The notes under the pieces are model-generated. The model did not search any database and was not told the origin of the DNA. It worked only from the letters and a program-made list of their open reading frames with translations. This document shows, piece by piece, positions 19,859-31,078 of a stretch of 64,000 bases of DNA (the first letter of the stretch is position 1; every line of letters begins with the position of its first letter). The translations under genes and the position numbers were made by a program. Source of the stretch: an uncultured Gemmatimonadales bacterium (GTDB lineage Bacteria; Gemmatimonadota; Gemmatimonadetes; Gemmatimonadales; Gemmatimonadaceae); the NCBI GenBank assembly GCA_963701965.1, contig OY969695.1:4640001-4704000 (forward strand). Direction: 5' to 3'.

Positions 19859-19893
19859 GTGTAGGTGTTATTTTACGCGGCGATGCGAGTGAC

Positions 19894-20754
19894 GTGGAGC
19901 TGACGCGGGCGAAGGCCGCCGAGCTTTTGGGCGCGGGTCCGGCCGATGCGGCGACCTTGGTGGCCTACGCCTGCGGGATGCCCGTCCGCCCCGGTGCCGT
20001 CGCCGAGCACATGGCCGTGGCGCTCTTCGCGGGACACCCGGAGTTCGCGCGCGACGCCGTGACTGGACTCTGGAAGCTCATGCTGCTGGCGCCGCCCGTC
20101 GCGGTGGTCGATGGCCCGGTCGACCTCGACCGCCTGACCTACGCCGTGGTCGACGTCGAATCGACCGGCGGCTTGCCGGACCGTGGCGACCGGATCATCG
20201 AGGTCGCCATCGTCCAGATTCGCGATGGCGCGATCGCCGACGTGTACGAGTCGCTCGTGTACCCCGGCCGCCCCATCCCGTACTTGGTCTCGCGTCTCAC
20301 GGGCATCACGGACGCGATGGTCCGCGACAAGCCCGCGTTCGCGGACATTCGCAATGTGGTCGCCGAGCGCCTCGACGGGCACGTGTTCGTCGCCCACAAC
20401 GTGAAGTTCGACTGGCGGCTCCTGTCCGCCGAAATGACCCAGGCCGGCGGGGGCCGGCTCACGATGCCGCGGCTCTGTACCGTCCGCCTGGCGCGGCGAC
20501 TGCTCCCGCATCTCCGGCGCCGTTCCTTGGACCACGTCGCGCACCATTACGACGTGGCGATCACCGGGCGCCACCGCGCCGGCGGCGACGCTGTGGCGAC
20601 GGCCCGGTGTCTCTTGCGGATGTTCCGCGACGCCGAGGCCAAGGACTGCGCGACGTGGGGCGGTCTGCAGTCCCTGTTGGCGCTTCCCGCACCCAAGCGC
20701 CGCCGCCGGCCGTCGGCGCTTCCCACCTCCGTCCAGCACGAGACTACCGCGTGA
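19894..20754 (+). CDS. DEDDh 3'-5' exonuclease (DnaQ/PolC-like); start uncertain
   Basis: VVDVESTG, AHNVKFD, HRAGGDA. Confidence 0.9.
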   Translation: MELTRAKAAELLGAGPADAATLVAYACGMPVRPGAVAEHMAVALFAGHPEFARDAVTGLWKLMLLAPPVAVVDGPVDLDRLTYAVVDVESTGGLPDRGDRIIEVAIVQIRDGAIADVYESLVYPGRPIPYLVSRLTGITDAMVRDKPAFADIRNVVAERLDGHVFVAHNVKFDWRLLSAEMTQAGGGRLTMPRLCTVRLARRLLPHLRRRSLDHVAHHYDVAITGRHRAGGDAVATARCLLRMFRDAEAKDCATWGGLQSLLALPAPKRRRRPSALPTSVQHETTA

Positions 20755-21641
20755 GCGCACCGACTCCTTTGGTCCAAACCCGGCAACTCGGCGCCTGGCG
20801 CCTGCACGCCATCCAAGCCGGCGGGCAGCGTCTCGACGGGGGCGCCATGTTCGGCGTGGTGCCCAAGCCGCTCTGGGAAAAGAAGATCCCGGCCGACGAC
20901 CGGAACCGGATCGCGCTCGGCATGCGCTGTCTCGTGATCGAGCACGACGTGGGACTGATCGTGATCGATACGGGTGCCGGCAACAAGGAGAGCGCCAAGT
21001 TCTACGACATCTACGGCATCGAGAACGCCGGCCCGGATGGCCGCACGGGACTGGAGGCCGGGCTCGCCGCACTCGGGATGCGCGCCGAGGACGTCGCGAT
21101 CGTGATCGACTCCCACCTGCATTTCGATCACGGCGGCGGGAACACGTACCACGACCGGAGCGGCGCGCTCCGGCTCTCGTTCCCCAACGCGCGCTACGTC
21201 GTGCAGGCCGGCGAGTATCACTACGCCACCCATCCCAACGAGCGCACCGCGGGCAGCTATTTCGCCCACAACTTCGTGCCCGTCCAGGAGGCCGGGCGCT
21301 TTGATCTGGTCGATGGGGAGCGGGAGATCGTCCCGGGAATCCGCGTGCTGCCGACTCCGGGTCATACGCCGCACCACCACGGCATCCTGATCACGAGTGG
21401 CGGGGAACAGGCCTTCTTCATCGCCGACCTCATGCCGACGACCGCGCATCTGCCCCTGGCGTGGGTCATGGGGTACGATGTCGAGCCCCTGGTCACCCTG
21501 GAGACCAAGCGCCGTATTCTGGCGCGGGCCGCCGAAGAGGGATGGCTCGTGGTGTTCGCCCACGACGCCGTGACCCCCTGGGCTCGCCTCCGGCGCGATG
21601 AGAAGGCGTATACGCTTGACTTGGGGTCTGGGCAGGCATAA
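20751..21641 (+). CDS. MBL-fold metallo-hydrolase (YtnP-like)
   Basis: LDGGAMFGVVPKPLW, SHLHFDHGGG, PGHT, GYD. Confidence 0.93.
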   Translation: MSAPTPLVQTRQLGAWRLHAIQAGGQRLDGGAMFGVVPKPLWEKKIPADDRNRIALGMRCLVIEHDVGLIVIDTGAGNKESAKFYDIYGIENAGPDGRTGLEAGLAALGMRAEDVAIVIDSHLHFDHGGGNTYHDRSGALRLSFPNARYVVQAGEYHYATHPNERTAGSYFAHNFVPVQEAGRFDLVDGEREIVPGIRVLPTPGHTPHHHGILITSGGEQAFFIADLMPTTAHLPLAWVMGYDVEPLVTLETKRRILARAAEEGWLVVFAHDAVTPWARLRRDEKAYTLDLGSGQA

Positions 21642-21644
21642 CTT
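21616..21644 (+). promoter_or_regulatory. Putative sigma70 promoter of infC-rpmI-rplT
   Basis: TTGACT-17 nt-TAACTT. Confidence 0.65.
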
Positions 21645-21659
21645 CTGCTGTTACAACAC

Positions 21660-21805
21660 GCTAAGTAGCGGCACGCAGGCCGCTCACCCTTCGGCCCTCA
21701 TGTTGTTCGTGAGGCGCGCTGTAGGAGTTCCGTCGACGGTGCGCCCGCGCAAGCGGAGTGCCGAGCATCTACGCGAACTCCAGTCGGGTTCGCGTTTTTT
21801 GTTTT
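21660..21805 (+). promoter_or_regulatory. L20-leader-like attenuator upstream of infC
   Basis: AAGT-AGCGGC/GCCGCT-CACC 5' hairpin resembling Firmicute L20 leaders; ends in an intrinsic terminator; directly precedes infC-rpmI-rplT. Confidence 0.7.
21771..21805 (+). terminator. Intrinsic terminator within the infC leader
   Basis: ACGCGAACTC-cagtc-GGGTTCGCGT followed by TTTTTGTTTT. Confidence 0.85.
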
Positions 21806-21829
21806 CTCGATCGGTGAGGGATTGGAGTC

Positions 21830-22345
21830 ATTCAGGACAACTCAAAGCGGGTTCGCGTCAACCGGCAGATTCGCATCAGTCCGATTCGCGTCATTGCGGC
21901 GGACGGTAGCCAGTTGGGGATCATGGACGTCGATGCCGCGCTCAGCGCGGCACAGGAACAGGGACTCGATTTGGTCGAGGTCGCGCCGACCGCGCGGCCA
22001 CCCGTGGCCCGCATCATGGACTACGGGAAGTTCAAGTTCGAGCAGGCCAAGATGGCCCGGCAGGCCAAGAAGAAGCAGCACGTCATTCACCTCAAAGAGG
22101 TGAAGTACCGGCCGGGGATCGAGGATCATGATTTCGAGACGAAGACGCGGCACGCGCGCGAGTTTCTGCAGGAAGGCAACAAGGTCAAGGTGACGATGAT
22201 GTTCCGGGGGCGGCAGATCGCGCATCCCGAGTTGGGGAAAGAAGTGGTAGATCGCGTCTCGGCGGCGCTCGCGGACATTGCCAAAGTCGAGAGCGACGCC
22301 AAGCTCGAAGGGAAGTCGATGATCATGATTTTGACGCCGAAATAG
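21830..22345 (+). CDS. infC: Translation initiation factor IF-3 (ATT start)
   Basis: In-frame ATT at 21830 gives [43 protein letters not shown]. Confidence 0.97.
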   Translation: MQDNSKRVRVNRQIRISPIRVIAADGSQLGIMDVDAALSAAQEQGLDLVEVAPTARPPVARIMDYGKFKFEQAKMARQAKKKQHVIHLKEVKYRPGIEDHDFETKTRHAREFLQEGNKVKVTMMFRGRQIAHPELGKEVVDRVSAALADIAKVESDAKLEGKSMIMILTPK

Positions 22346-22353
22346 GACTGACG

Positions 22354-22551
22354 ATGCCGAAGATGAAGACGCACAAAGGCGCCGCGAAGCGCTTCTCCGT
22401 CACAGGGACGGGGAAGGTGCGGCGCCTGAAGGCATACAAGAGCCACATCCTGACCAAGAAGTCGGCGAAGCGGAAGCGCAATCTCCGCCGGCCCGCGATC
22501 GTGCACACGAACGGTGAGGCGAAGGTGCTGCGTCGCCTCATCCAGGCGTAA
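22354..22551 (+). CDS. rpmI: 50S ribosomal protein L35
   Basis: [14 protein letters not shown]. Confidence 0.98.
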   Translation: MPKMKTHKGAAKRFSVTGTGKVRRLKAYKSHILTKKSAKRKRNLRRPAIVHTNGEAKVLRRLIQA

Positions 22552-22560
22552 GGAGCGGCG

Positions 22561-22923
22561 ATGCCTCGCGTCAAATCGAACGTCGCCCGACTCCGCCGCA
22601 AAAAGCAGATCATGAAGGCGGCCCGCGGTGCCTTCGGCGCGCGGAGCAAGCTGTGGCGTCCGGCGAAAGAGACCGTCGAGCGCGGCTGGCGCTATGCCTA
22701 CCGCGACCGGAAGACCAAGAAGCGGGACTTCCGGCGCCTCTGGATCACGCGCATCAATGCCGCGGCCCATCTCAACGACATGAGCTACAGCGTGTTCATG
22801 AACGGCCTCAAAAAGGCCGGTGTCGAAGTGGACCGGAAGATCCTGGCCGATCTCGCGGTGCGAGATCCCCAGGCCTTTACCGCGTTGGCCGAACGCGCGC
22901 GGAACGCGCTGAACGCGGCGTAG
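22561..22923 (+). CDS. rplT: 50S ribosomal protein L20
   Basis: MPRVK...[23 protein letters not shown]. Confidence 0.98.
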   Translation: MPRVKSNVARLRRKKQIMKAARGAFGARSKLWRPAKETVERGWRYAYRDRKTKKRDFRRLWITRINAAAHLNDMSYSVFMNGLKKAGVEVDRKILADLAVRDPQAFTALAERARNALNAA

Positions 22924-22952
22924 TCGAGACCCTGGTCTCTCGCAACGTTCAG

Positions 22953-22986
22953 AGGCGGCAGCGCGACAACTTTCGCGCTGCCGCCT
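22953..22986 (+). terminator. 14-bp perfect hairpin between rplT and pheS (terminator or processing stem)
   Basis: AGGCGGCAGCGCGA-caactt-TCGCGCTGCCGCCT; weak U-tract. Confidence 0.65.
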
Positions 22987-23018
22987 TCGTGCTGTGTCAC
23001 CCCCGTCTCGATCCCACT

Positions 23019-24056
23019 ATGTCAGTGTCAGCCGACGAATTCGATCTGCGGGTCTCCACGCTTGGCGGCACCGCGCTTCGCGCGGTCGCCAATACTGGCT
23101 CGTTGGCCGAGTTGGAGGATGTCCGCACCCGGTACCTCGGACGCACCAACGGCGAGCTCGTGCAGTACATGGCGTGGCTGCCCAAGCTCGACCCGGAGCT
23201 CCGACGGCCCCGTGGGCAACTGATCAATCGCTTCAAGACGGCGCTCGAGAGCGCCATCGAGGCGAAGCGCAGCGAGCTCTCGGCGGCCGCCGCGCACGCG
23301 GTGCCGACGGTGGACCTGTCGATGCCCGCGCGCCGGACCTGGCGCGGCGGCCGCCACCCCGTGACGCTCGTGATCGAGGAAATCGAGGCGATCTTCCGCG
23401 AGCTGGGCTTCACGATCGCGCTCGGCCCGGAGGCCGAGACCGAGTGGTACAATTTCGGCGCTTTGAATTTCCCCGCCGACCACCCGGCGATGGACGCGCA
23501 CGACACGCTCTACCTCGATGACGACATCGTGCTGCGGACGCACACGTCGCCGGTGCAGATCCGCACGCTCCAGCGCTACGTTCCGCCCGTGCGCGTGCTG
23601 GTCCCGGGCAACGTCTATCGTCGCGATTTCTTCGACGCCTCGCACGCGCCAATGTTCGCCCAGATCGAAGGCCTCTCCATCGACGAGGGCGTCAGCTTCG
23701 TCGATCTCAAGGCGACGCTCACGCATTTCGCCCGCCGGTTCTTCGGCACCACCGTCACGCGCTTCCGCCCCAGTTTCTTCCCGTTCACCGAGCCGTCGGC
23801 CGAGATGGACGTGCAGTGCCAGATCTGCCACGGGGCCGGTTGCGCGACGTGCAAGCAGACGGGTTGGGTAGAGATTCTGGGATCGGGCATGGTCCACCCC
23901 GCCGTGCTCGACGCCTCTGGCGTCGACAGCGAGCGCTACACGGGATGGGCGTTCGGGATGGGGCCGGCCCGGATCGCGACCCAGCGCTACGGCATTCCGG
24001 ATATCCGCCAGCTCTATGACACGGACGTGCGCGTCCTCGACCAGCTCGCCGAATGA
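23019..24056 (+). CDS. pheS: Phenylalanine-tRNA ligase alpha subunit
   Basis: LRTHTSPVQ, FRPSFFPFTEPS, GWAFGMG. Confidence 0.98.
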   Translation: MSVSADEFDLRVSTLGGTALRAVANTGSLAELEDVRTRYLGRTNGELVQYMAWLPKLDPELRRPRGQLINRFKTALESAIEAKRSELSAAAAHAVPTVDLSMPARRTWRGGRHPVTLVIEEIEAIFRELGFTIALGPEAETEWYNFGALNFPADHPAMDAHDTLYLDDDIVLRTHTSPVQIRTLQRYVPPVRVLVPGNVYRRDFFDASHAPMFAQIEGLSIDEGVSFVDLKATLTHFARRFFGTTVTRFRPSFFPFTEPSAEMDVQCQICHGAGCATCKQTGWVEILGSGMVHPAVLDASGVDSERYTGWAFGMGPARIATQRYGIPDIRQLYDTDVRVLDQLAE

Positions 24057-26507
24057 ACGTCTCCGTTGCTTGGCTGTCGGCGTTCGTCGACAGCGGCCTG
24101 ACCGCGATCGGCCTCCGCGATCTCATCACCGCGCGCGTCGCGACGGTCGACGCCGTGGAACCGTTGCGCGCCGACCTCGCGGCGCTCGTCGTCGGCCGGG
24201 TCCTGACCGCCGAACGGCATCCCGATAGCGATCACCTGTGGGTGACGACCGTGGACGCGGGCGGCCCCGCGCCGCTCGACGTCATCTGCGGCGCGCCGAA
24301 CGTGACCGTCGGTGTCCGCTACCCGTTCGCGCCCGTTGGCACCACGATGCCGGGCGGGCTCACGATCGAGAAACGCAAAATCCGTGGGCGCATCTCGAAT
24401 GGCATGCTGTGCTCGGCGCGCGAGCTGGGACTGGGCACGGATCACGACGGGATCCTTCCTCTCGATACCGATGTCCCGCCGGGCACACCGCTCCTCCAGG
24501 CGTTGCCCCTCGGCGATACACGTCTCGTGATCGACATACTGCCGAACCGCCCGGACCTGCTGTCCCACCGCGGGATTGCCCGCGAGATCGCCGCGGCCAC
24601 CGGTCAGCCGCTCCGCACGCCCGCCGAGCCGGACGTGCTGATGGACGTGCCGGTCCCCGCGCCGATCCCGACGCGTGCCTCGGGAATGTCGGCGGGCGTG
24701 CAGATCATCGTCGAGCAGGCGACCGACGCCCCGGCCTATCTCGGGCTCATCGTGCGCGGGATCCGCGTGGCTCCGAGCCCGCCGTGGCTCGTCGAGCGCC
24801 TGGCCGCCGTCGGCGTCCGCGCGATCAACAACGTGGTCGACGTCACGAACTACATGCTGCACGGATACGGACAGCCGATGCACGCGTTCGATCTGGACCG
24901 GTTGACGCCCGGCGACGACGGATCGCCCATGGTCGTCGTACGCCGGGCGCGCGCCGGCGAGCGCCTGGTGACGCTCGACGGAGTAGACCGCGCGCTGGAC
25001 ACGGACGCCATCGTCATCGCCGACGCGGCGCGGGCCATCGCCGTGGCCGGGGTCATGGGCGGTCGGGCGACCGAGGTGACGGACGCGACGACCAACATCT
25101 TCGTCGAGATCGCGACGTTCGACGCCCGGCGGGTACGGCGCACGCGTCGTCGGCTCGGTCTCTCCACGGACGCCAGCTATCGTTTCGAGCGTGGCGTGCC
25201 CGCCGAATTGCCGGGCGACGTCGCGGCGCACGCGGCGCGCCTGCTGCTGGCTCTCGCGGGGGGCGCGCTCGGCGGCGCGCCCTCGTTGGTCGCGGCGGCC
25301 GAGGGGGCGCCACCCCGCCTCGCGCTCCGCGCCGCCCGCGTCCAGCGGGTCCTCGGCGTCCCCGTGGCCTCGCTGGAGTCGGCCCGCTTGCTCGGCGCCG
25401 TGGGGTTCAAAACCGCGGCGCTCGAGGCCGACCTCACGGTCAGGCCACCCTGGTACCGTCCCGATGTCACGCGCGAGATCGATGTGATCGAGGAAGTCGC
25501 GCGCCTGCGGGGCTATGACTCGTTCCCGTCGGATCTCCGACCGTATCGCCCGAGCGCCGTACCGGACGCTCCCATGGTGGCGACGAGCCGCCGGGTGCGC
25601 GACTGCCTCGTCGGGCTCGGATTCCTCGAAGCGCGTCCCATGCCGTTCGTCGTTGATGCCGGGCCGGACGGAGTCCGGGTGCGCAACCCACTGGGCGATG
25701 ATCGAGCCCTACCTGCGCTCGTCCGTCCTGGCCACGCTCGCCGGTCGCGCCGAATACAACCTCGACCGTAAGGAAGGGGATCTGCGGATGTTCGAGATCG
25801 GGACGGCATTTCGGCGGGCGCCGCGCGGCGGCCGTCCGATCGAGCAGGCGCGGGTTGCGGTCCTGCTCATGGGGGCCCGGCGGCCCGCACATTTCACGGA
25901 GCCGGATCCACCGGCGTTCGACGAGTGGGACGCCAAGGGGATCGCCGAGCGGGTGGCCGCTGTCGCCTTCCCGGGGCGGGCGATCGCGCTACGTCCCATT
26001 CCCGATGCCTTGTGGGAGATTCTGGCATCGGGGGACTCCGTCGGGCGCGTGGCGCGCGTGGCACTCGACGCGCCCGCCTGGGCCAAGCCCGCGTTCGGGG
26101 TCGAGTTGACGCTGGAGACCACCGAAAACGCCGACGTCGCGCCTCCGGGCAAGAGCGCGTATGCCGATCCGAGGGCGGTTCCCGCGCGCGCCGTGGCCCG
26201 ATTTGCCGCTCCCCCGTCGCTCCCCGCGGTGGAGCGCGACGTCAGCCTCATCGTGCCCGACACCCTGGAAGAGGGGGCCGGAGCCGTCGAGCGTGTGCTC
26301 GCCGCCGAGGGCGGCCTCTTGGAGCGTTTCGGGATCACCAGCGAGTATCGTGGCCCCGGCGTGCCGCCCGGTGCGCGAAGCGTGACATGGCGGTTGACGT
26401 TCCGTCACCGGGAGCGCACTCTTACCGAGAAAGAGGTTGATGCCCAGCAGCGTAAGCTGTTGCGAACGTTGGAGACGGAGCTCGGTGTCCGACAACGAAC
26501 GGTCTGA
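24053..26507 (+). CDS. pheT: Phenylalanine-tRNA ligase beta subunit, +1 frameshift near 25702 (probable sequencing error)
   Basis: CGAPN, SNGMLCSAREL, PNRPD, RFERG, DVIEEVARL; continues EPYLRSS...FEIG...RTLT in the next frame. Confidence 0.95.
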
Positions 26508-26775
26508 GGTCCTGGCCTTCCAGGAGCTCACGCTTCTGGTCCGGCACCTGGGTGACGAGCTGGCGGGATTTCGCCGGCGCGCGCTCACGGCCGAGTCGCG
26601 GCTCAAGGCCGTGGAAGCGTCTGGCGCGATCGGCAGCGAGGAGCTCGCCGGTCGAATGGCGCAGCTCGAAGCCGAGAACAAGGATCTGCGCGGCCGCCTC
26701 GACGCGGCGCGCGGCCGGGCGCGGCACATGTTGGAGCGCGTGCGGTTTCTGCGCCAACAGCAGGAAGGGCGATGA
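26485..26775 (+). CDS. Small coiled-coil protein (ZapB-like position)
   Basis: Heptad pattern; lies between pheT and zapA. Confidence 0.75.
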   Translation: MSDNERSEVLAFQELTLLVRHLGDELAGFRRRALTAESRLKAVEASGAIGSEELAGRMAQLEAENKDLRGRLDAARGRARHMLERVRFLRQQQEGR

Positions 26776-27062
26776 CCAGCAAGAAGAGCGTCGTGCGCGT
26801 GACGATCGTCGGCGAGGAGTACGCGATCCGCAGCGAAACGGATCCCGAGCACACGCGCCGGGTCGCCGAATACGTCGACGCCGCTATTCGGACGGTCATG
26901 CACGGGTCGGTCGTGGAGCTCCAAAAGGCCGCGATTCTGGCGGCGCTGCAGATCACGAACGAGTTATTCGAGGCCAATGCGGCGGCCGCCTCGCTCGCGG
27001 GCGACATCGAAGCGTTGGGGGCGGAAGTCCGGCGCTGGCTGCCGCCGGGCAAGCGCGCGTAA
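26772..27062 (+). CDS. zapA: Cell division protein ZapA
   Basis: VTIVGEEYAI...VAEYVD...AILAALQI. Confidence 0.92.
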   Translation: MTSKKSVVRVTIVGEEYAIRSETDPEHTRRVAEYVDAAIRTVMHGSVVELQKAAILAALQITNELFEANAAAASLAGDIEALGAEVRRWLPPGKRA

Positions 27063-27125
27063 GACCGGGTCTGGCTTTCACATAACGCCGCGGCCGCGAG
27101 GTCGCGCTGGAGTATAGATTCGTCT

Positions 27126-28712
27126 ATGGGTTCTCTGGCCATTGTGGTCGCGTTCGCGGCCGTGCTGTGTTTAGCGTGTGGCGTGGCGGTGATGATTGGC
27201 CGCCGGCAGGGACGGACCGCCGAAGAGCAGCGGCTGATCGCGGTGAAGGGCAGCGCCGAGGAGATCCGGACCCGGCTCCTGGCCGAGGCGGAACATCAGG
27301 CCGAGAATCTGCGCAAGAGCGCCGTGGTCAGCGGCAAGGAAGAGCTGATCAAGCTGCGCGAAGCCTGGGAGATCGAGGCCCGGCGCCGGCGGGACGAAGT
27401 CGAGCGGGAGGAGAAGCGCGTGCAGGAGCGCGAGTCGGTCCTCGACCGCAAGTTCGACATTCTCGATCAGCGCGACCGCGAGATCGCCGTGCGGTCGTCC
27501 GATTTTGGGCGGCGGCTCAAGCAGCTCGAGGAGCGCGAGCTGGAGTTGGAACGCCTGTCGGGCGAGGAGCGCCGGCGCCTCGAGGCGATGGCCGGCATGT
27601 CGGCCCAGGACGCGCGCGCCCAGCTCATGCAGCACATGGAGGAGGAAGCGCAGGCCGCCGCGGCCAACCGGTTGCGCGAGATTCGCGAATCGGCGCGGCG
27701 CACCGCGGATCGCGAAGCCCGGAAGATCGTGGCGCTCGCCGTCCAGCGCATCGCCGCGGAACACACGGCCGAGTCGACGGCCTCCGCGGTCGCGCTGCCC
27801 AACGACGAGATGAAAGGCCGGATCATCGGTCGCGAGGGTCGCAACATTCGGGCGTTCGAGCTGGCGACCGGTGTGGACGTCATCATCGACGATACGCCGG
27901 ACACGGTCGTTGTCTCGTGCTTCGACCCCGTCCGCCGCGAAGTCGCCCGGTTGGCCCTGGAGAAGCTCGTCGCCGACGGACGGATCCATCCCGGCCGGAT
28001 CGAGGAAGTCGTGACCAAGTCGCGGACGGAAGTCGAGGCGGCGATCGTCGAGACGGGCGAGGAAGCGGCGTACGAAACCGGCGTGCGCGGACTCCACCCG
28101 GAGCTGATCAAGCTCATCGGGCGCATGCGGTGGCGGACCAGCTACGGCCAGAACATCCTCCAGCACTCGAAGGAAGTCGCGTGGTTGGCGGGCATCATGG
28201 CGGCCGAGCTGGGGCTGGACGTGGCGCTGGCCAAGCGCGGCGCCCTGTTGCACGACGTCGGCAAGGTCCTGACGCACGAACACGAAGGCACCCACGTGCA
28301 GTTGGGTGTCGAGGTGGCGACGAAGTACGGGGAAGGGCCGATGGTCGTGAACTGCATCGCGGCCCACCACGACGACGTCCCGCACGAGAGCGAGGTGTCG
28401 GTCCTCGTGCAGGCGGCGGACGCGATCTCCGGATCGCGCCCGGGCGCCCGGCGCGAAGCCTTCGAGACGTACGTCAAGCGACTGGAGGGGATCGAGCGCA
28501 TCGCGTCCAGCTATCGCGGCGTCGACAAGGTGTTCGCGATCCAGGCCGGGCGCGAAGTGCGCGTGGTGGTCACGCCCGAGGATGTCGACGACGCCCGGAT
28601 GACGACGTTGTCGGAGGAGATCGCCCGCCGGATCGAGGCCGAGCTGCAATACCCGGGGCAGATCAAAGTCGTCGTGATCCGCGAAACCCGGGCGGTCGAC
28701 TTTGCCCGCTGA
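27126..28712 (+). CDS. rny: Ribonuclease Y
   Basis: N-terminal TM, coiled coil, [14 protein letters not shown] (KH), LLHDVGK (HD), SRPGAR. Confidence 0.98.
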   Translation: MGSLAIVVAFAAVLCLACGVAVMIGRRQGRTAEEQRLIAVKGSAEEIRTRLLAEAEHQAENLRKSAVVSGKEELIKLREAWEIEARRRRDEVEREEKRVQERESVLDRKFDILDQRDREIAVRSSDFGRRLKQLEERELELERLSGEERRRLEAMAGMSAQDARAQLMQHMEEEAQAAAANRLREIRESARRTADREARKIVALAVQRIAAEHTAESTASAVALPNDEMKGRIIGREGRNIRAFELATGVDVIIDDTPDTVVVSCFDPVRREVARLALEKLVADGRIHPGRIEEVVTKSRTEVEAAIVETGEEAAYETGVRGLHPELIKLIGRMRWRTSYGQNILQHSKEVAWLAGIMAAELGLDVALAKRGALLHDVGKVLTHEHEGTHVQLGVEVATKYGEGPMVVNCIAAHHDDVPHESEVSVLVQAADAISGSRPGARREAFETYVKRLEGIERIASSYRGVDKVFAIQAGREVRVVVTPEDVDDARMTTLSEEIARRIEAELQYPGQIKVVVIRETRAVDFAR

Positions 28713-29601
28713 GCTGATCGACGGCATCGCCATCTCGCGCCGGATTCGCGAGGAGGTCGCCCGCTCGGCCGCGGAGCTGGTGGCGGCGGGCACGACGCCC
28801 GGCCTCGCCGTGGTGCTGGTCGGAGACGATCCCGCGAGCGCGGTGTACGTGCGGGCCAAGGGGAAGGCGACGGAGGAGGCCGGCATGCACGGCGTGACCA
28901 TTCGGCTGCCGGCCGAGACGACCCAGGCGGAGCTCCTGGCGCACGTGGACCGGCTGAACGCCGACCCGGCGATCCACGGCATCCTCATCCAATCGCCGCT
29001 GCCCAAGCACATCGATTACCAGACGGTCATCTGGCGCATGCGTCCCGAGAAAGACGTCGACGGGTTTCATCCCGTGAACGTCGGCAAACTCCTGATCGGC
29101 GACCGGGACGGATTTGCACCGTGCACGCCGGCGGGGGTCATCGAGCTGTTGCGGCGTTCAGGCGTGGAGACCAAGGGCGCCGAGGCCGTCATCATCGGCC
29201 GGAGCACGATTGTGGGGAAGCCGATGGCGTCCCTGTTGATGCAGGACGCGCCGGGCGGGAATGCGACGGTCACGATCTGCCACAGCAAGACGCGCGACGT
29301 CGCGGCCCACACGCGGCGGGCCGACATCCTGATCGTCGCCGCGGGACGGCCCAAGGTCGTGACGGGAGACATGGTCAAGCCCGGCGCCGTCGTGATAGAC
29401 GTCGGGATCAACCGGGTGGCCGACGCGCGGGCCAAGGCCGGATACGTGCTCGTCGGCGACGTCGACTTTTCTTCGGTCTGCGAAGTGGCCGCGCGCATCA
29501 CGCCCGTGCCCGGTGGCGTGGGTCCAATGACGATCGCCATGTTGCTCCAGAACACCGTCCGCGCCGCGGCGATGGCGTCCCGATCCGGTCGCCCGACGTA
29601 A
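28702..29601 (+). CDS. folD: Methylene-THF dehydrogenase/cyclohydrolase
   Basis: [34 protein letters not shown]. Confidence 0.97.
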   Translation: MPAELIDGIAISRRIREEVARSAAELVAAGTTPGLAVVLVGDDPASAVYVRAKGKATEEAGMHGVTIRLPAETTQAELLAHVDRLNADPAIHGILIQSPLPKHIDYQTVIWRMRPEKDVDGFHPVNVGKLLIGDRDGFAPCTPAGVIELLRRSGVETKGAEAVIIGRSTIVGKPMASLLMQDAPGGNATVTICHSKTRDVAAHTRRADILIVAAGRPKVVTGDMVKPGAVVIDVGINRVADARAKAGYVLVGDVDFSSVCEVAARITPVPGGVGPMTIAMLLQNTVRAAAMASRSGRPT

Positions 29602-29612
29602 CTTTCGGCATC

Positions 29613-30857
29613 ATGAGTCCCCGTCCTCGGTTGGGGTCGCAGGCCGACCTGTTCACTCCTCTCAATAGCGCGGCGTTCGACGCATCGGAGGCCGCGGCGG
29701 CGGCTCTGGCGCCGGTGCCCGGCGCGACGCCGGCGGCCGCCACGTCGGTGTCCGCGTTGACGCGCCTCGTGCGGGATGTGTTGGAGGGGACGTTTCTGCC
29801 GCTCTGGGTGCGCGGCGAGGTGACCGACTTCAAGGCGCATCGGAACGGGCACTGGTATTTCTGTCTGCGCGATGAGTCCTCGCAGGTGCGCTGTGTCGTG
29901 TGGTCGCGCGAGGCGGCGCGTATTCCCACTCCACCCGCCGATGGACAGCAGGTCGCGGTCCGCGGCCAGCTCACCGTGTATCCGGCGCGCGGGGAGATGC
30001 AGTTCGCCGTGAGCGCCGTGGAGGCGCTGGGCAACGGCCCGCGCCGGCGGATTGCCGACCGCACCCTGCGGGCCCTCGATGCCGACGGGTTGCTCGATCC
30101 CGCGCGCAAGCGCCCGCTCCCGCGGTGGCCTCAACGGCTCGCGGTGGTGACCAGTCCGGACGGGGCCGCCATCCGCGACATCGTCGCGGTGGTGCGCCGC
30201 CGGGCGCCGTCGGTCCAGGTCGTGATCGTTCCCGCCCGCGTGCAGGGCGACAACGCGCCGGACGCGCTGTGCGCCGCGCTCGAGGCCATCGGCCGGTGGG
30301 GCGAGGCCGACGTCGTGATCATCGGCCGCGGAGGCGGCGGGAAAGAGGATTTGTTGGCCTTCGACGACGAGCAGGTGGCGCGCGCCGTCGCCGGTTGCCC
30401 GGTGCCGACGATCTCGGCCGTTGGCCACGAGATCGACGTGACGATCTGCGACCTCGTGGCCGACGTCCGCGCGGCGACGCCGTCGGCGGCGGCGGAAGCG
30501 GCAGTGCCGGTCGAGGCCGACCTGCTCGCGGCGCTGCGCGCGCTCGGCGACGAGATCGCGGCGGGCGCCGCGCGGCGACTCCGCCGCGCCCAGAGTGCCT
30601 TCGGTCATGCCTCGCGCGGGCTCAAGCGCGGGACGACTCTCGCGCTCGAGCGGCGCGCGGCGCGCCTCGACACCGTGACCCGGTATGTCCACGCGCTCAG
30701 CCCACTGCGCACACTGGAGCGCGGCTATGCGGTGGCCCGCGAGATCGACGGCGGGCGCGCGTTGACGCGCACCGCCCAGTTTCACCCGGGCGATCCGTTC
30801 GATCTCACGCTGGCCGACGGCGTGGTGCGGGCCCGTGTCGAGGAGGGCGCCCCATGA
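29613..30857 (+). CDS. xseA: Exodeoxyribonuclease VII large subunit
   Basis: GHWYFCL, VTSPDGAA, RGGG, SAVGHE, TPS. Confidence 0.96.
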   Translation: MSPRPRLGSQADLFTPLNSAAFDASEAAAAALAPVPGATPAAATSVSALTRLVRDVLEGTFLPLWVRGEVTDFKAHRNGHWYFCLRDESSQVRCVVWSREAARIPTPPADGQQVAVRGQLTVYPARGEMQFAVSAVEALGNGPRRRIADRTLRALDADGLLDPARKRPLPRWPQRLAVVTSPDGAAIRDIVAVVRRRAPSVQVVIVPARVQGDNAPDALCAALEAIGRWGEADVVIIGRGGGGKEDLLAFDDEQVARAVAGCPVPTISAVGHEIDVTICDLVADVRAATPSAAAEAAVPVEADLLAALRALGDEIAAGAARRLRRAQSAFGHASRGLKRGTTLALERRAARLDTVTRYVHALSPLRTLERGYAVAREIDGGRALTRTAQFHPGDPFDLTLADGVVRARVEEGAP

Positions 30858-31078
30858 CCTTCGAGACCGATGTCGCCCGTCTGGAGGCGATCGCGGCCGA
30901 GTTGGACCAGGACGGCGTAACGCTCGACCAGGCGCTGGCGCTGTTCGAGGAGGGCGTCGCCTGTCTCCGGCGCGCCGCCGCGGATCTCACCCGCGCCGAG
31001 GCCCGCGTCGCCCAACTCGTGGAGACCGCGAATGGCGCGTTCGTGGTGAAGCCGTTTCGCCCGGAGCACGGGCCATGA
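30854..31078 (+). CDS. xseB: Exodeoxyribonuclease VII small subunit
   Basis: TFE..VARLEAI..EL....TLDQALALFEEG. Confidence 0.92.
   Translation: MTFETDVARLEAIAAELDQDGVTLDQALALFEEGVACLRRAAADLTRAEARVAQLVETANGAFVVKPFRPEHGP

Noticed and set aside
25691..25771. Programmed frameshift or natural split of pheT
   Set aside because: No slippery sequence, and similar single-base insertions are scattered through the window, so error is more likely.
27063..27125. 6S RNA, often found after zapA
   Set aside because: The gap is only 63 nt, too short.
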